Of a stretch of 49,461 nt of DNA, positions 47,128 through 49,461 are shown piece after piece (position 1 is the stretch's first letter; every line of letters begins with the position of its first letter). This DNA comes from an uncultured Dehalococcoidia bacterium. Its GTDB lineage: Bacteria; Chloroflexota; Dehalococcoidia; Lucifugimonadales; GCA-002694895. Both the position numbers and the translations under genes were made by a program. Below the pieces are notes generated by a model. It saw nothing but the letters and a program-made list of their open reading frames with translations, did no database searches and was not told where the DNA came from. Location: NCBI GenBank assembly GCA_964436345.1, contig CAYTCC010000001.1:1-49461 (forward strand), written 5' to 3'.

Positions 47128-47940
47128 TTAATTTTTATCTACCCAAATATTATAAATATCTTTTCTTGGGAAATCGAATATATCAGCTATGATTTTAGAG
47201 GCATTTTTAAGAGATAATCCATTATCAACTAAATATTCAATTTCATCTTTGATATAAATGGAGAAATCTTTATCTATTTTTGAATTCTTAGTGGATATAC
47301 CCGTAATTAAAATAATATACTCACCCAATGATTTAAAGTCATATAAATGTAGTTCAGACAAATTAAATTCAATTACTTTTTCATTTAATTTTGTTAACTC
47401 ATGAAATACTATGACTTCTCTTTCTGATAATTTGTTTTTCAAATAATTTAATGTCGATTTTATTCTTTTGGGGCTTTCAAAAAGAAAAGTGTCCTTCATT
47501 CTATATCTTAAGATAGATGTTAATTGCAATTGATCTTTAGATTTTCGTGGAAAAAACCCTTCGAATATAAAATTATTCATTTGCCTGCCTGACAAGGATA
47601 ATGCTGTCATTAAAGCAGAGCTACCTGGTATAGATGTAACTTCTATATTGTTTTGGCGTGCAATATTAATCAATTTATATCCAGGGTCAGATAATAAAGG
47701 AGTACCTGCATCAGTTACTAATGCTACATCATTTGAATTCAATTTATTTATATAAAAGTTAATTTTCGAATCATCATCAACATATCTAATTAATGGTTTA
47801 GTTATCTTATAATGAGTCAGTAATTTTTTTGTTACCCTGGTATCTTCACATAAAATCAAATTGACTTCATTCAAAATTCTAATTGATCTTAAAGTAAGAT
47901 CTTCCAAGTTTCCTATTGGAGAAGCAATTATATACAACAT
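47128..47940 (-). CDS. rsmI: 16S rRNA (cytidine1402-2'-O)-methyltransferase
   Basis: The N-terminus LYIIASPIGNLEDLTLRSIRILNEVNLILCEDTRVTKKLL is typical of RsmI (tetrapyrrole-methylase fold). The protein is 270 aa. Confidence 0.85.
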   Translation of the reverse strand: MLYIIASPIGNLEDLTLRSIRILNEVNLILCEDTRVTKKLLTHYKITKPLIRYVDDDSKINFYINKLNSNDVALVTDAGTPLLSDPGYKLINIARQNNIEVTSIPGSSALMTALSLSGRQMNNFIFEGFFPRKSKDQLQLTSILRYRMKDTFLFESPKRIKSTLNYLKNKLSEREVIVFHELTKLNEKVIEFNLSELHLYDFKSLGEYIILITGISTKNSKIDKDFSIYIKDEIEYLVDNGLSLKNASKIIADIFDFPRKDIYNIWVDKN

Positions 47941-48021
47941 GGGATTCTACTTTTTGAAATTAGCCATATACATATATAATACTACATATAATTTTCTATA
48001 ACAGAAATAAAAGGTGAATAT

Positions 48022-49026
48022 ATGAAATTAGGTATTATAGGAGCAACAGGTGCGGTAGGAAAAGTATTTCTCGATTTACTACCAAGTTCAAATTTAAATA
48101 TTACAGATCTTCGGTTATCTGCATCAAAAAGATCTATAGGGAAAAAGATAAACTATGAAAATCAAGAGTATACTATTCAAGAAAATTCAAATGACTTTTA
48201 CTCTGGATTAGATTTTGTTTTTAGTTCTGCCTCTTCTGAGGTAAGTAAAATGGCTGCAGAGAAGTCAAAAGAACATAATGTTATTATGATTGATGACAGC
48301 TCTGAATTCAGATTAAATGATGATGTCCCTTTAGTAATTCCTGAGATAAATTCAGACAGTCTTAATGTACATAACGGAATTGTTGCAATACCTAATTGTA
48401 CAACTACACCTTTAGCAATGATTTTAGATGCGCTTAGGTCAGAATATAAATTAAAAAGAATAATTGTTGACACATACCAAGCCGTATCCGGGACAGGAAA
48501 TTTAGCAATTGAAGAATTAATTAATCAAACAAAACATTACCTTCAAACAGGGAAAGTATCAGAAGAAATGAATGTTTATCCTCACACTATAGGTTTAAAC
48601 TTGATTCCTCATGTTGAGGCACCTGAAGAAAACTTATATACAAAAGAAGAAATGAAAATGCTTTATGAAACAAGAAAAATTCTATCAGAACCGAATTTAA
48701 AAGTTTCAGCTACGTGTGTCAGAGTCCCTGTTATTCGCTGCCATTCAGAAAGTATAAATATTGAATTTAATACTAATCCTAATTTAAATCTAATTACCAA
48801 TCTTTTAAATAATTATAAGGGGATAACTGTAATTGACAATATTAGTACAAATTCATATCCCACACCAATTTATGGAGAGGGGAAAAATGATGTTTTTGTT
48901 GGCAGATTACGAAAAGATATTTCTAATGAGAATGCTATCAATCTTTGGGCTGTAAGTGATAATTTAATAAAAGGTGCTGCACTGAATGCTATTCAAATTC
49001 TTGAAGTATTTCAAAAAATTGGCTAA
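48022..49026 (+). CDS. asd: Aspartate-semialdehyde dehydrogenase
   Basis: The motifs are GATGAVG, the active-site IPNCTT, and VRVPV..CHS. The protein is 334 aa. Confidence 0.95.
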   Translation: MKLGIIGATGAVGKVFLDLLPSSNLNITDLRLSASKRSIGKKINYENQEYTIQENSNDFYSGLDFVFSSASSEVSKMAAEKSKEHNVIMIDDSSEFRLNDDVPLVIPEINSDSLNVHNGIVAIPNCTTTPLAMILDALRSEYKLKRIIVDTYQAVSGTGNLAIEELINQTKHYLQTGKVSEEMNVYPHTIGLNLIPHVEAPEENLYTKEEMKMLYETRKILSEPNLKVSATCVRVPVIRCHSESINIEFNTNPNLNLITNLLNNYKGITVIDNISTNSYPTPIYGEGKNDVFVGRLRKDISNENAINLWAVSDNLIKGAALNAIQILEVFQKIG

Positions 49027-49064
49027 TATATCCTAACCAATTAAAATTTCACTAAACAAATAAT

Positions 49065-49461
49065 ATGAATATAGGAAGATTATTAACTGCAATGATAACT
49101 CCATTTGATGAAAATGGAGACATCAATTATGATATGGCAGCAAAATTATCTAAAGCAATAATCGATAGTGGTAGCGATGGTTTAGTTATTGGTGGTACAA
49201 CAGGAGAAGCTCCGACAATTAGTGATCAAGAAAAACTTAAATTATTTTCCATAGTAAAAGAAAGTATTGGACCTAAACATGCATTGATTGCAGGAACCAC
49301 AAATAATAATACAAAAGAAAGCATTAAATTAAGTAAATTAGCTGAAGCAGCAGAAGTAGATGGATTATTGCTAACTGTTCCTTCATATAATAAACCAACA
49401 CAAGATGGTTTATACCAACATTTTAAATCAATATCTGAAGAAGTCTCCATTCCATGTATTT
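49065..49461 (+). CDS. dapA: 4-hydroxy-tetrahydrodipicolinate synthase; N-terminal part only, runs off the right edge
   Basis: Translation from the ATG at 49065 gives MNIGRLLTAMITPFDENGDINYD...GLVIGGTTGEAPTIS...LLTVPSYNKPTQDGLYQHFKSI. This matches the DapA pattern (TPF, GTTGE, PYYNKPTQ.G). It is absent from the ORF track because it is truncated. Confidence 0.85.
   Translation, partial: MNIGRLLTAMITPFDENGDINYDMAAKLSKAIIDSGSDGLVIGGTTGEAPTISDQEKLKLFSIVKESIGPKHALIAGTTNNNTKESIKLSKLAEAAEVDGLLLTVPSYNKPTQDGLYQHFKSISEEVSIPCI

Noticed and set aside
451-49450. These are the short track ORFs that lie inside, and mostly antisense to, longer well-supported genes. They are 451..687, 3909..4115, 5287..5622, 5686..5898, 8987..9178, 10936..11193, 11524..11721, 11704..12012, 13153..13335, 13507..13803, 18465..18671, 19550..19858, 20939..21388, 21817..22002, 24442..24645, 24615..24887, 24900..25082, 24916..25137, 27093..27323, 31830..32159, 33881..34108, 35123..35314, 38191..38457, 41311..41550, 41388..41600, 42190..42429, 45384..45569, 48198..48473 and 49226..49450.
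   Set aside because: Each is fully or largely embedded in a gene with clear family motifs. Their translations are low-complexity (rich in F, I, L, S, K and N) with no recognisable motifs. None has a convincing ribosome-binding site. They are typical shadow ORFs.
1-49461. A scan for CRISPR arrays, tandem repeats, rRNA/tRNA genes and IS inverted repeats.
   Set aside because: I saw no regularly spaced direct repeats. Outside the T-box leader there are no GC-rich structured segments typical of stable RNAs in an AT-rich background. I saw no transposase-like ORFs. All sizeable non-coding gaps are divergent promoter regions.

Overview
This is a very AT-rich, very tightly packed 49.5-kb chromosomal window. 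I call 45 protein-coding genes, two of them truncated at the window edges, plus one clear cis-regulatory RNA. I found no rRNA, tRNA, CRISPR array, IS element or prophage.

Gene content is mostly core and central metabolism:
- **Left end to about 8.8 kb:** pyrD (partial), a methylcitrate-cycle cluster (prpD-prpB-prpC plus a HAD phosphatase), an HpcH-type aldolase, a CCA-adding-type nucleotidyltransferase and fumC.
- **8.9-19.1 kb:** a cassette of ThDP enzyme, alpha/beta hydrolase and MFS transporter, a Fe(III)-type ABC importer, an Ldh_2 oxidoreductase and a second MFS transporter.
- **19.2-23.0 kb, minus strand:** a cmk-plsC-glmS-(small ORF)-ybaK string.
- **23.1-32.2 kb:** an SDR, the first of two CaiB/BaiF CoA-transferase paralogues, a metallophosphoesterase, YqeK, a membrane-anchored trypsin-like protease, a third MFS transporter and a 952-aa FAD/Fe-S oxidase.
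- **32.3-38.0 kb, minus strand:** a trpS-trpEGDCF operon behind a Trp-specific T-box leader.
- **38.2 kb to the right end:** the second CaiB paralogue, a gene with large-serine-recombinase architecture, a CysRS with a C-terminal GT2-like extension followed by an amidohydrolase, a polyprenyl synthase, metG, rsmI, asd and dapA (partial).

The T-box, the lipoprotein-type solute-binding protein and the enzyme repertoire suggest a streamlined marine monoderm-type lineage. Chloroflexota is the best guess. This is inference only.

I do not see a recognisable defence or mobile system. The observations most worth a second look are:
- the CysRS-GT2 fusion and its adjacent amidohydrolase;
- a recombinase-like gene with an apparently degenerate catalytic pocket and no mobile-element context;
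- two genes whose conserved N-termini have no ATG/GTG/TTG start and appear to need AUU/AUA initiation;
- a single T-box controlling both trpS and trp biosynthesis;
- the fact that all nine convergent gene junctions overlap or lie within 8 nt of each other.

All family calls rest on motifs I recognise in the translations. No database search was run.
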